Positions 12,660-24,193 of a stretch of DNA of 64,000 nucleotides are shown in pieces; position 1 is the stretch's first letter; every line of letters starts with the position of its first letter. The notes under the pieces are model-generated. The model did not search any database. It saw only the letters and a program-made list of their open reading frames with translations, and was not told where the DNA came from. Origin of the DNA: Callorhinchus milii (Eukaryota); contig NW_024704742.1 of NCBI RefSeq assembly GCF_018977255.1, positions 58,282,001-58,346,000 of the forward strand, read 5' to 3'. Made by a program: the position numbers and the translations under genes.

Positions 12660-13004
12660 TCAATAAAAATATTGCATTTAATATAGCGCCTTATCATGTC
12701 TTCAAGACATTGTCACAGAATGTACTGTAAAGTGAATTGACACTATTTTGTGAGCGAAACGAGTGCGGCCAATTGCTCATAGTAGTGTCCCACAAAGTCG
12801 TGGATTGAGTGACCAAATTATTATGTATTTTTTTTGAGGGATTATTACCTCCAGAAAGCAATCTGCCAATCAACGAACAATCGGGTTCCAACTAAGTAAA
12901 CAGAGGCATTTGGAGTAAGGAAACTTGCCTAAGGTTTCGCCCCGCACGAACCCGGGTCCTTTCGCTTTCAAGACAAGTGCTCTAACCAGTACTTCACAGG
13001 ACTA
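12660..13004 (-). mobile_element. SINE family A (long form)
   Basis: Degenerate head, core and tail. Confidence 0.8.
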
Positions 13005-13370
13005 CAATTAGTTGCACTCTCGTCCTCTGAGTCAGAAGATTGTGGGTTCAAGCCCCATGCTGGGACTTTATGAGCTCATAGTCTAGGTAGAAACTCCAAT
13101 GCAGTTCAGGGGAGTGCTTCATTGTCAGAAGTACAATCCTTCGCAGACATCAAATGGAGGACCTCTCTGCTAGTGGATGCTAAAGATCCCATGCCACTAT
13201 GGAATATAAAAGGGAGTTTGCTTACTTGTTTCATGGCCTTTTGTGGATCATTGCTGTGCATAAATTGCTGCATTGGATTAAAGTCACTACATTTTAAAAC
13301 TAAATCATGTGAGGTGCTTTGAGCTGTTTTGACTATGTGATAATACCCCATATTAAATGCAAGGATTATA
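13005..13370 (+). mobile_element. Deu-domain SINE family B
   Basis: gcactctcgtcctctgagtcagaagattgtgggttcaagccc head; aaagatcccatgccactat core. Confidence 0.75.
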
Positions 13371-14500
13371 GTAACACTGTAGAATTGTAGCTCCCTCCTA
13401 TAAGGAATCTATGCTGATTGCTATTGGCCTGTGTTAGGTGGAATGTTGCACCACAGGAAAAATCTCAGCAATCCCCACCACAGCACACTCCCATTGTTTG
13501 CACTGGATCGTGACAGGGACACAATGACAGCTTGAAATGAAAGGTATGTATTCTCTAGACTTCATACTTTACTCATAGCTTAGGGCATGGGCACAGCCCG
13601 TACATCTAAGATTCCCAAATTATAATGGACATTTTGTTTGCCAGCTCCACTGAAGGGAACTGAATGCTCCTCCAGTCCCCAGTGTTGGCTCCGTCACTAT
13701 GTATTTGATACTTTTCAACTTAAGGCAATTTTGGCAAGTGTTTTGCACAAAGGGTGACCCTTTGTCAGGGTTCAAATTAAATTCCATAAATATTTAAGCA
13801 ATGCATACATTATGAGCAACAATGAACAATTAGTCCTACCGCAGGCAGCTATCAATGCAAATAACTTCCTTACTACAATATTTCATGAATTCTTTATCTT
13901 TATGGTTGTTTGTGTTTGGCACTATTTCTTAAAGGTAAAATAATCCAAAGAACCTTTAAAAGTAGAGGCAAGAGAAGACAGTGTATCCTTAAGTCACAGT
14001 AAGAAACAGAACAACCAGCCAAGGGATTCAATGAGTTACTGCAGTGTTTGATCCTAAACTACTTAACATGGAATAGCACACATGCTGAGAAGAGAAGCTT
14101 CCCGATAATGCTGCCATGGTAATGCTAGCAAAAGATTTTTATCCAAATATTTTAATCAAATTCTTATTAAAAACAATTCTTTATGAGATCTGGGACCGAA
14201 TCCAACCTAAACTGATAGGATTAAGGTGGACATTTTGTGGTATTAGTGAAAATTGCCATCATTGATTGTTGTCAAGAAGACTTGAGTATGCAATCGAGCT
14301 GTTTTTGCCCTGTACCTTACATCAGGTTTGGGGCTGAGCACCTCCCTCCCTTCCTGACTCACTCCCCCCATGACTCCTAAAAACTGTTTTCTCCCTTAGT
14401 CATTTCAAGATTTTTTTTAAAAGCCATATCACAAATGGCTAATTTTCAAAAACACTTTTATAAAGAAAAACTTTTCAGATTATTTTTAGGCCACTAGATG

Positions 14501-14879
14501 ATAATAATAATAATCTTTGCTTTTGATATAGCACCTTATTTCATCTTTGAGACGTCTCAAAGCGCTTCACATAAGATACTGTAAAGTGAATTGACTGCAT
14601 ATTTTATGGGTGAAACACGGCAGACAATTGCACATGGCAGTGTCCCACGAACGGTCGTGGATAGTGACCAAATTAAATATTTATTTATTTTTTGAAGGGA
14701 TTATTATCCCTGTAAAAGCGATCCGCCAATTGACTAACAACCGGGTTTCTACTTACGTCTAGGTAAACAGAGGCGTGTGGAGTAAGGAAACTTGCCCAAC
14801 GTTTTGTGCTGCTCGGGAATTGAACCCAGGTCCTCTCGCTTGCGAGGTGAGTACTCTAACCACAAACCTACAGGAGTCC
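14501..14879 (-). mobile_element. SINE family A (long form), full length
   Basis: Head, core with the extra internal segment, (ATT)n tail. Confidence 0.9.
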
Positions 14880-15329
14880 ACAAGAGAGGTTCAGATGAAG
14901 AAGGCCCTCCAACCCAATTGATCTCATTCTTCCAGAACACCTACTAAACCATCATGTGGAGTCCTGCAGCTTAGTGGTTAGAGCACTCACCTCACAAGCA
15001 AGGGGACCTGGGATGGTAATCCTACCTGTTTTTTTTTTGCTGGTCAAAAAAGTACCAAAGACTGCTGTACTATTGCAATAATAATAATTCTTACATTTGA
15101 TGTAGCACCTTTCATGTTAAGAGGACGTTCATTTTGTAGAAAATGTTAATTATCACAAACTTCAATGGTCCAGGTTCTCTGATTTCAGCTATGGTACATT
15201 ACAATTAGCCACAATAGGGAGAGCGGAGGGAAAATTCACCCTTTCTGACTGACTACTGCTCAAAGGTGTATATCTCACAAGACACAAGAAAGATTCGGAT
15301 GAAGAAACTATTATGTCAGGAGCATAAGA

Positions 15330-15900
15330 TCTACTACAACTGCATCTTAACAGTTCAGGATAAATCAGAAAACCAGTAGGTTCCCACATCACCTCACCTG
15401 CTGAGGAAATAGCCTCATAGACAGCTTCATCTGACAGCATGTAATAATAGGGTTGTAATCAAAGTATCAGTACTTGGAATATATAGTGTAGAGTTCTGGA
15501 GTCTGTACAGTAGTGACAGCCTAGCACTGGAGAGGGTACAATGAATGGATGCATTACAATGACTGGTTTGGATGGCTGGGTTAAGAAGACAGACTGCAGA
15601 AACAGGAAATATTTACATTGGAGAAAGGAGAATTGGGACAGATCCTGTCAGGTATAGACCAGCTCAAGTCCAAAACCTTATTAATATGGGCAAGAGATGT
15701 ACACAACGAGTTATTGTCTCAAATGTAGAAAGAGAAGAAATGTGAATGGGCAGTTTAGTTTTAACTACTGAACACAGCAAGTGGTTTAATATGCAAAGGA
15801 GTTTATCCAGGGAGGTGACAGAGGGTCAGTTTTCAAAAGGGAATTGGTTAGCTTGTTATAGTGAGGAGAACATAAGGTATGTGAGATAGCAAAAGATGCA
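15330..15900 (+). mobile_element. Highly decayed CR1 ORF2 3' fragment
   Basis: gcactggagagggtacaatga (ALERVQ) and acattggagaaaggaga (LEKRR-like) remnants. Confidence 0.55.
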
Positions 15901-16370
15901 ATTTGAAACTGAGATTGTACATTTCTATTTCATTTCTTTAATCTATGCGTCTGCTGAAGTCTAAATAGAGTTAGCTATCACCCTCTGAACCAGGCGACAG
16001 GATCATGTGTTTTAGGTTCTGAAAATCTATTTCCTGCTGGTAACTCTGCACAATTTCTCCAAGCTGTTCTGTGCTCCAGCAATCACCAGGGATACCAAGA
16101 TAGTTCTCTCCAGATAGCACTGCTTCATCACCTAATATCTTTAATAGCAACTCACTCCATGTGGCCTGACTTAACTCCCAACGTCCAAAACAATCCACCA
16201 CTGTGTTGGGGTGAACGTTTTCACTGCCTGCGCTAGCTATTCTTGTGCTTTCTCTGGTCAATTAAAGCCAAATATGGCACAGATCTGTGCTGTGGGACAA
16301 GAATTAGATAGTTGCATAGAGTAATAGGGCACAAAACAGGCAATTTGGTCCAACTGGTCTATGCAGGTGC

Positions 16371-16857
16371 TTGATTTCAAGATCCTCATCCTCACCTACA
16401 AGGCCATTCACGGCCTTGCTCCCTCCTACCTCTCTGACCTACTATCCCCCTACCTACCTGCCCGTACCCTCCGTTCCTCTGGCTCCAGTCTGCTCCACGT
16501 CCCCCGCCCCAATCGCCCTACCATCGGTGGTCGGGCCTTCAGCCTCTCAGCCCCCAGGCTCTGGAACTCCATCCCCCAGTGCCTTCGCCGCTTCCTCCCT
16601 TTCCTCCTTCAAGGCCGGTCTCAAAACCTTTCTCTTTGACCGAGCCTTCAGCTCCCCTCTCGACTCTCTTCCCCTCCTCGCTCCCTCCCTTCCCTCCCCT
16701 TACCCTGACCATTTCCCCCCTCCTCGCTCCCTCCCTTCCCTCCCCTCACCCTGACCATTTCCCCCCTGCTCGGGTCATGACCCAACTGTGCAGCGCCTTG
16801 GGACGTCCTCCTGACGTGAAAGGCGCTTTATAAATGGAATCTTGTTGTTGTTGTTGT
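16371..16857 (+). mobile_element. Young 5'-truncated L2 inserted in a minus-strand CR1 3' end (~16310-16370 and ~16858-17150)
   Basis: DFKILILTYKAIHGLAPSYLSDLL...RTLRSS...GGRAFS..APRLWNSIP; (GTT)n tail. Confidence 0.92.
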
Positions 16858-17258
16858 ATGCTGAGTCCACATTATGCTTCTCCCTCATGTATGCATTGTG
16901 TTTTCTCTTAAATATATTGATGTGTTTTACTTCCAGCAGTGAAGTGAGTTTCCCAATCTCCCTAACCTCTAGGTGAAGAAGTTCCTCCTAGATCCACTAC
17001 AAACTATCTTATATTTATCCCCTTTAGTTTTGGAGTCAACACCACCTTATTGAATCTTTTCATCATTTTAAACACTTCTATCAGTTCCTCTTTCAATCAT
17101 CTCATCTCTAGAGAGAAAAGCTGCCAAGCTGTTCAATCTTTCTTGATTTAGACTGAAGCAAGAGTTAATCAAAAACTGCCACAAAATCAACTCACATGGG
17201 ACATTCCCTGCTGTCAGAGGAAACTTTCATTCTATCAGTTTAGATTGGAATTTAATCC

Positions 17259-17490
17259 TGAGGATAGAAATTCCATGTGGGTCAAGATTTACACTAATTT
17301 CTTAGCATTTGAGAATGTCCAAAATTTGACAGATGCTGCAATTCAGTTTTAAAAATAAACTTACAGAATCCCTCTTCAAAATTGAGGCTGTATGTAAGAA
17401 TTTGCCAAATTCTAGACACTGAACTCCTAACAAAATCCAATAAGTAAAGAGCCAGATGGAATTCCTTTCCTCTCCCTGTTCCCCCCCCCC
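17259..17490. mobile_element. MITE-like element with imperfect terminal inverted repeats
   Basis: Left gaggatagaaattccatgtgggtc vs reverse complement of right end gaggaaaggaattccatctggctc; second copy at 17975-18590. Confidence 0.6.
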
Positions 17491-17589
17491 CCATCACAAG
17501 GTCTCAGAGATGTAAGACAATATCGTGAACCTAAGTCTCTCACATGGTCTTGTTCTCAACATCTGAAAAAAAATGGGAAGGGAGGGTTT

Positions 17590-17850
17590 TGGTCAGCCAA
17601 GTATCTGGCAAACATGGAAACCTATCACCATGCTTAAGATTATCCAAATTAGACTGAAAGTTCCACATATATATGCCACCTACACTTAGAAATGTCCCTG
17701 TGTGTGGAATAGAACGCACACTCTCTCCACAGAGAGATACACTCTGCTTACCTATTTTTGGAGAGTATGAGGGCTCAGTTTAGCTAGCCAAGGCTTGGGA
17801 ACCCCAGCTGTAGTACTGCTGGAGTCTAACCAGCGAGAACTGCGTACCTT
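17590..17850 (-). repeat. Family U repeat, 3' half
   Basis: ggtcagccaagtatctggcaaacatggaaacctatcaccatgcttaag matches the family 3' end. Confidence 0.65.
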
Positions 17851-18154
17851 GCAATTGAGAGCACTGACAAGATTTCAGCTTCTTGCCCAGATAGGTGGGT
17901 AGTGGGAACCAAGGGGGGAAATTCTGTGCTCCTCGGAGAACACTCACCCCATCAGTTTGGATAGGAATTGAATCCAGGGATAAAAATTCCAACTGGGTTG
18001 AGATTTACACTAATTTTTTACATTTCAAAATGTCAAAAATTTGATAGATGCTGAAATTCAGTCTTAGAAATAAGCTTACAGAAAACTCCCTTCAAAATTA
18101 AGTCTGTGTTTAAGAATTTGCCCAATTATGTACACTAAAATCCTAAGAGTCCTG

Positions 18155-18531
18155 GAGTCCAATAGCATAGTACTTATGAGCACACGTTTCACAAGCAAGA
18201 CTACCTGGGTTCGATTCTCAGGCAGGGCAAAACCTCAGGCAAGTTTCCTTACTCCACACGCCTCTGTTTACCTAGCAGTAAGTAGGAACCTGGTTATTAG
18301 TCGATTGGGAAATTGCTTTTTTTGAAAGGTAATAATCTCTTCAAAAAATAATAATAATAAATTAGTCACTCTATCCATGACTGTGTCTGGGGCACTGCTG
18401 TGCGCAATTCGCTGCCGTGTTTCGCCCATAAAATACACAGTCAATCCACTTCACAATATATTCTGTGAACACTTTGAGACATCTCAACGACACAATAAGG
18501 CTCTATATCAAATGCAATAATTATTATTATT
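18155..18531 (+). mobile_element. SINE family A (long form) inserted in the second MITE-like copy
   Basis: Head to (ATT)n tail; host sequence resumes aaatcctgtaagtaaagagccagatggaatt. Confidence 0.85.
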
Positions 18532-19879
18532 TTAAGAAAATCCTGTAAGTAAAGAGCCAGATGGAATTTCTTCCTTCTCCCTGTCCCTCTTCCTTTGGAA
18601 ATAGTGACCAAACAACCACCAAAGAATGCAATTCTCATTTATGACTTCCCAGCCAAAGAAAACAAAAAAGAGCAGAGGATCAGCATTCATGCAAAGTTTT
18701 TGCAGGTTGGTTTGAATAATATCCAAATAAGTGGAGAGTGCAATATTTCCAAATCTGATTACAAATGACTACATATTAGACTCCAATACGTAAATATTAA
18801 ATACAACAGTATTTAATTGTCAATGGAAAGAAAAGGTGTCCAGAATGTCAATAGATTGAATTATACACATTTAATCATTTAAAGATTTAAGTGATGTTGT
18901 GCAACAAACCTCAATAGAGTCTCTGGATGTGTTCTGATTTATAGACCAGTGAGAAAAAATGTCACAAATTAAAACTCAAATGTGTTTCCATGTTTAAGTA
19001 CTGCTTTAGTCACCACAATGCCTGGAAGGTGAAGGATTGATTTCCAAACTAGGAGACCATGGATCAAATCACCATCCGGTGAGTGTGGATGGATATGAAC
19101 CTTCAGAAACTAATAGGAGGGAAGAGGGATAGGCGGGGGAGGGGGAAGGTTGCAGAAGTACTCTGAAAAACAATGAAGAGATTTAGCAAACTGTACTGTG
19201 ATCAGCATTCTTTTCAGGTGGATTAAAACATCCATTATTCTCTTGACATCTGGTATGTTACACTTGACCTGCCTTTGAACCTTCTCAAAGGCAGCTCACC
19301 TCCCAGTGACTCAAACACATAGAATTCTTTCTAACAATGGTTCAGACTCCACCTTGCAAGTCTTTCAGGCAGTCAAAACAGGAAGACTGCTTTTGTATGG
19401 AAAACAAGAAAAAATTGACATTACTACCACACAATGAGACTATTGTATGACCCAATAATGCACTTTGGTGACTTAACAACCTCAGTTTCCAAAATAAAAC
19501 AGGTTAATCTGTACGTGGTCTGTTTATACCGCATTCTTGTGGATTTTATGAACCATGCACTATTGTTTAACAGAAAGACCACATAGAGAACATCACCTTA
19601 TACCCATTCACTTACCCACTTTGTTAGTGGCGCAGCTCCAAGGTCAGTGGCAAAGTGGCAGAGAAGTAAGGTTGGTGATGTTCCTGGTGGTGCATACCAT
19701 TGATAAAAGTGGTCTAACTCCAACAACAACAACAAATTATATTTATAGATGTCCCAAGGTGCTGAACAGTCAAGGATTTGCAGTTTTCCACTACACTGAA
19801 TGCTCCTCTTTGAGTGTAGTGGAAAACTGAATTGAATCTGTTCCCAATTGTACAAAATACAACTGATGTTAAGGCTGAT

Positions 19880-20685
19880 AGATTAATGCTATCAGAGTAG
19901 ACTGCAGAGATTGGGTCTTTTTCGCTAAAGACATGTTCAAGGGGGGAATCTAATACAAGTGTTTAACGTCCTGTAAATCTGTGGTTAGAACACTCGCCTC
20001 ACAGGCAAGAGGACCTGGGTTCCCAGGCAGAGGAGAAACGTTGGGCAAGTTTCCTTACTCCACATGCCTCTGTTTACCTAACAGTACCTGGTTGTTAGTC
20101 GATTGGTGGGTTGCTTTTCCAGGCATAATAATCCCTTCAAAAAATAATTTTAAAAAATAATAATTTGGTCACACGGATGTTTGTGGGACACTGCTGTGCA
20201 TAACTGGCTGATACATTTCGCCCACAAAATATACAGTCAATTCATTTTACATGATATTCTGTGAAGCGCTTTGAGATGTCTAGAAGACATGATAAGGCAC
20301 TATAACAAATGCAACGATTATTATTATTTTGCTAAGATGGGTTCCATAAAGTTAATATAAATAGGCTGTTTCCACTGGTACGAAAATCTGTAACCAGGAT
20401 ACACAAACATAAGATAGTGACTAACAGATCAAAATGAAAATTTAAGAGGAACTACTCCATGCAGAGCATAGTGAGATCGTGGAACTCGCTGCTGAAGCAA
20501 AGGTTGAATCAGATACTGTAGATGCATTCAAGAGGAAGCCAGATCTTCACATGAGGGAGAGGTGAATAGAAGAGTATGGAAGGGAGGAAAGGAATGGGTG
20601 GAGTATAAACTCGTATGGAGTATAAACACTGGCACAAACTGGTTGAGCCAAGTAGTTTGTTTGCATTCAGTACATTCTTTGTAAA
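19880..20685 (+). mobile_element. CR1 3' fragment interrupted by SINE family A (19968-20328)
   Basis: agactgcagagattgggtcttttttcgcta (RL..LGLFSL) before the SINE; ctgtttccactggta...aaccaggatacac (LFPL...TR) after it. Confidence 0.75.
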
Positions 20686-20699
20686 TTTTTCGCCCTGCC

Positions 20700-21360
20700 T
20701 ACAGCACAGAGACAACGCCTCTCCTCCCTCATCCACCTTTGTGGGACCGCACTCGCATGGTTCGGGTCCTACATAACCAACCACCTCCATTTCATCTCAG
20801 CAAGTAGTTTCTCTCTGCCCCTGACCAGTCACCTGCAGGGTATCCCAGGACTCCATCCATGGCCCCCTTCTTTTCCTTATCTATATGCTTCCTCTGGGTG
20901 ATATATGCGGATGACACACAAATCTATTTTGCCTCTTCCAGTACCAACTCCAGGTCTGCTGATGTTCTATCAGCTTGTCTGGCAGACATCAGGGCCTGGA
21001 TGATTGAAAACTTCCGGCAGTTGAATGTGGACAAGACAGAAGCCATACTCCTTGGCTCCCGTCAACGTCTTCACCCTATGGATCTAAACTCCTCGACCTC
21101 CCTGGGCTCTCCCTCAGACTCACCGAACCAGTGAGTAATCTAGGAGTTCCCCCAGCTGTCCTTCCTCCCCCACATATGGTCCCTGACCAGGACACCTTCC
21201 TCCACCTACACCACATTGCCCACCTTCGACTGTACCTTACCCCAAATGCAGCTGAAACCCTCGTGCATGAGTTTATCACCTCCCGCCTGGATTACTCAAA
21301 CGTACTCCTTGCCAGTCTCCCTAGCTCCATTATTCAAAAGATCTAGGTCATTCAAAACTA
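20700..21360 (+). mobile_element. L2 ORF2 reverse-transcriptase fragment
   Basis: YADDTQIY...CLADIRAWM..N..QLNVDKTEAIL and LVHEFITSRLDYSN motifs. Confidence 0.9.
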
Positions 21361-21889
21361 TGTTCACTATAGTGTTTGTAATGGTCTATTACAAACAGTA
21401 TAATGAACATAAATTCTGAAGCTGCTGGAATTTTTTGAAGAAGTAACTGGTCTAGTGAATGAGGGCTGCCCTCAAATATCATGTATTTGTATTTTCAGTG
21501 GGAATTTTTTTAATGTGAGACTTTTGAGAAGTTTGAAATGCTTGGATTAAATGGCAAATTTGTCATTAGAATGACCATTTTAGCAATTGGACCGATAAGT
21601 GACTATGGTCCTCCTTGTGAGAGGTACGTGGGGTCTTCCTGGAGCTGAGCTGGCTCTAAGATGATATGTTTGGCATTGGAATATCTCAATCAAGTCTCTG
21701 TGGAGTCCATTTCCTGACCCCGGCGGGTCTGCAAGTGTTGCAGGGCACTCCTGCTTAGCCTAGCTGCCATTCTGGCACATGTTGGTAGGAGGGGTGGGTT
21801 GGTCACTGGAAGTAAGGATTCCCAGTCCATGGCTGTTTGCAGGACACTCTGTGCACAATTGGCTGCCATGTTTCACCCACAAAGTATAC

Positions 21890-23212
21890 ATCTGAACTCC
21901 TTCCACTCTGGGCTTCCTCCCACAATGACCTAATCTCCTCGGTCACTCTCCTCCACAACTCCCTCTCTACCACTCTAGATGTCCTTGCTCACTTCCCAAA
22001 CTGCCTCCTACTCCCAGAAGTCACCCTGGGAAAACCAGCCACCTCCGACTATCTCAAGGCACAGGTGCGTGCCACCAAATGCACCTGGCTAAAATCTAAC
22101 TTAACAGTCAATCGGCAGATCTAACTGGACTTTATCAAAACGTACCACTCCACCTTTGCCTCCATTTAATCATCCTTCTACTCCAAGACAATCTTGGAGC
22201 CAAGGATAACCCCAGGCTCCTCTTCTCCATCATCAAACAGCTCCTCTCACGCCTCAACCATTCTCTCCTTCAATTCGAACTTCGAGGAGCTACTGGATTT
22301 TCTTGAAATCAAAGTCGAGTGAATTCGCTCAGCTGCCTCTGCCCATCCGACCACTACCCCTTCCCCATCTCCCGACCCCATCCCTACCCCCCTCCTTATC
22401 TCCCAGCTCTAACTCCTTGCCCCCACTACTCACAGACCTCGTAAAGTCCTCCCTGTCCACTGGCACTGTTCCCATCCCTTTAAAAACGGCCGTCATCACT
22501 CCTATCCTTAAAAACCTCCCTGGATCCATTCCTGCTCTCAAATTACTGCCCCATCTCCAACCTCCCTTTCTTTTCCAAAGTCTTGGAATGAATCGTTACT
22601 TCCAAGTTTCGCTCCTTCCTGTCCCGCAACTCCCTTCAATTACACTTCCAAATGGCCGGCCTCACCAATTCCTCCCGCCACAGGCTGCAGATCATCCAGA
22701 ACTCTGCAGCCTGTGTCTTCTTCCACACCAGGCTCTGCGACCCCATCACCTCCATCCTCTCCTGACTACACTGGCTTCCCATCACACAGAGGAGAGTTCA
22801 AGATCCTGGTTATCATCTTCAAAGCCCTCAACAGCCTTGCTCCCTTCTACCCCTGCGACATCCTAAACCCCTATCAACCTCCCCGCTCCCTCTGCTCAGT
22901 GGACTCGGGGCTACTCCATGTCCCAGCCTCGCCTGTCCCACCATTGGCGGGTGGACCTTCAGCCACTCTGCCCCCATCCTCTGGTACTCCATCCCACAGT
23001 CCCTTCATCTCGCCCCCTCCCTTTCCTCCTTCAAGACCCATCTCAAGATCCTCCTCTTTGATCATGCCTTCGGTCACCATCCTTCCACCCCTGCCCTCCA
23101 CCCTCCCCAATGCTGACCCCCAGCTTGGGTCCGAAATACTGATTGTCCAGCGCCTTGGGACGTCCTGCTGATGTGAAAAGCGCTATACAAATATAATTTT
23201 GTTGTTGTTGTT
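21890..23212 (+). mobile_element. L2 fragment with internal deletions and 3' tail
   Basis: SSLSTGTVPIPLKTAVITPILK; FKILVIIFKALNSLAP; (GTT)n tail. Confidence 0.9.
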
Positions 23213-23252
23213 TGCACTTCTCTTAAGACCATACAGATGCAAGGTTATTTAT

Positions 23253-23835
23253 TTGGTCAACCGGGTGTCTGACACATGCAGAAACCCTTTACTGTGCTTA
23301 AGAGTATCCAAACCAGATTGAGTTCCATGCATCCCACCTATACAAGGAAAGTCCCCTCTGTCCAGAAGGGAATGTGTGTGTACTATCTCCCCAGAGGGAT
23401 ACACCCTGCTTATGTAATTCCAGGGAATGTTTGGTGCAGGTAGGCAAGAGCGAAGGCTTGGCACCCCCAGAATGTGTGTTGGGAGTACTGCTGGAATTTA
23501 ACCTGCTAAACCAGCTTGCCATTGAAAGCACTATCTGCCAAGCTTTCCCGCTGCTTGTCTAGCCAGCACCACCATTCCCATCAGAGCTTTGGCTTGCAGG
23601 GTTAACACAAACAGAGTGAAAATTATCCCTGCCCCCAGTGATTGGTCAGCCCATCCAGTCCTGTCAATGAGTCAGACTGGCTTGGCTGCCTGGAGTACTG
23701 CAGACCTGCTTGGCTCAGGAACCAGACAACCGAGAGTTGACTCAATTTCAACATTCGGTTACCAAACATGTCACCCTAGAGCAAATTCAGCTCTAAGGAG
23801 ACCCCGCTTGCCTATCCCACAAGGAGGATTGTCAG
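23253..23835 (-). repeat. Family U repeat, most complete copy
   Basis: Colinear with copies at 8885, 17590, 21605, 37335, 54495 and 55290. Confidence 0.8.
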
Positions 23836-24083
23836 TTGGCCAAGTGAAAGGCTAACTGATTCATTTCCAATTTTACTCATTTTTCTGTTAAGTGTATTCA
23901 ACACTCCCCGATCCACAATGGTGGAAGTATTAACTGTAAACATCAGTGACTAGACTCTTTTGGGGACTGTGGCTAAAGCTGTTCAATATTGTAGATCTGT
24001 CGACATTGAGAATCAAATACTACATAATGCTGATGAAAAAGGACTCTGGGTGGTAAACTCTAAGGCCTTGAACAAACACTTAC

Positions 24084-24193
24084 TGTTGATGTGGTCAATA
24101 TAGAAGATGCCAACCTGAGGATCGTAGGCATCTTCCCAGCCCAGAGGAAGCTCATCCCCGACACAATCCGCAAACGTCAGGGGTTTGGTAAAC
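24084..24193 (-). CDS. WWC2: WWC2-like coding exon 2 (110 bp; second WW domain)
   Basis: tttcAG|g ... aac a|GTAAGT; translates (R)[36 protein letters not shown](K), the WW2 region of KIBRA/WWC proteins; the last base A joins AA of the next exon to give Lys. Confidence 0.93.
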
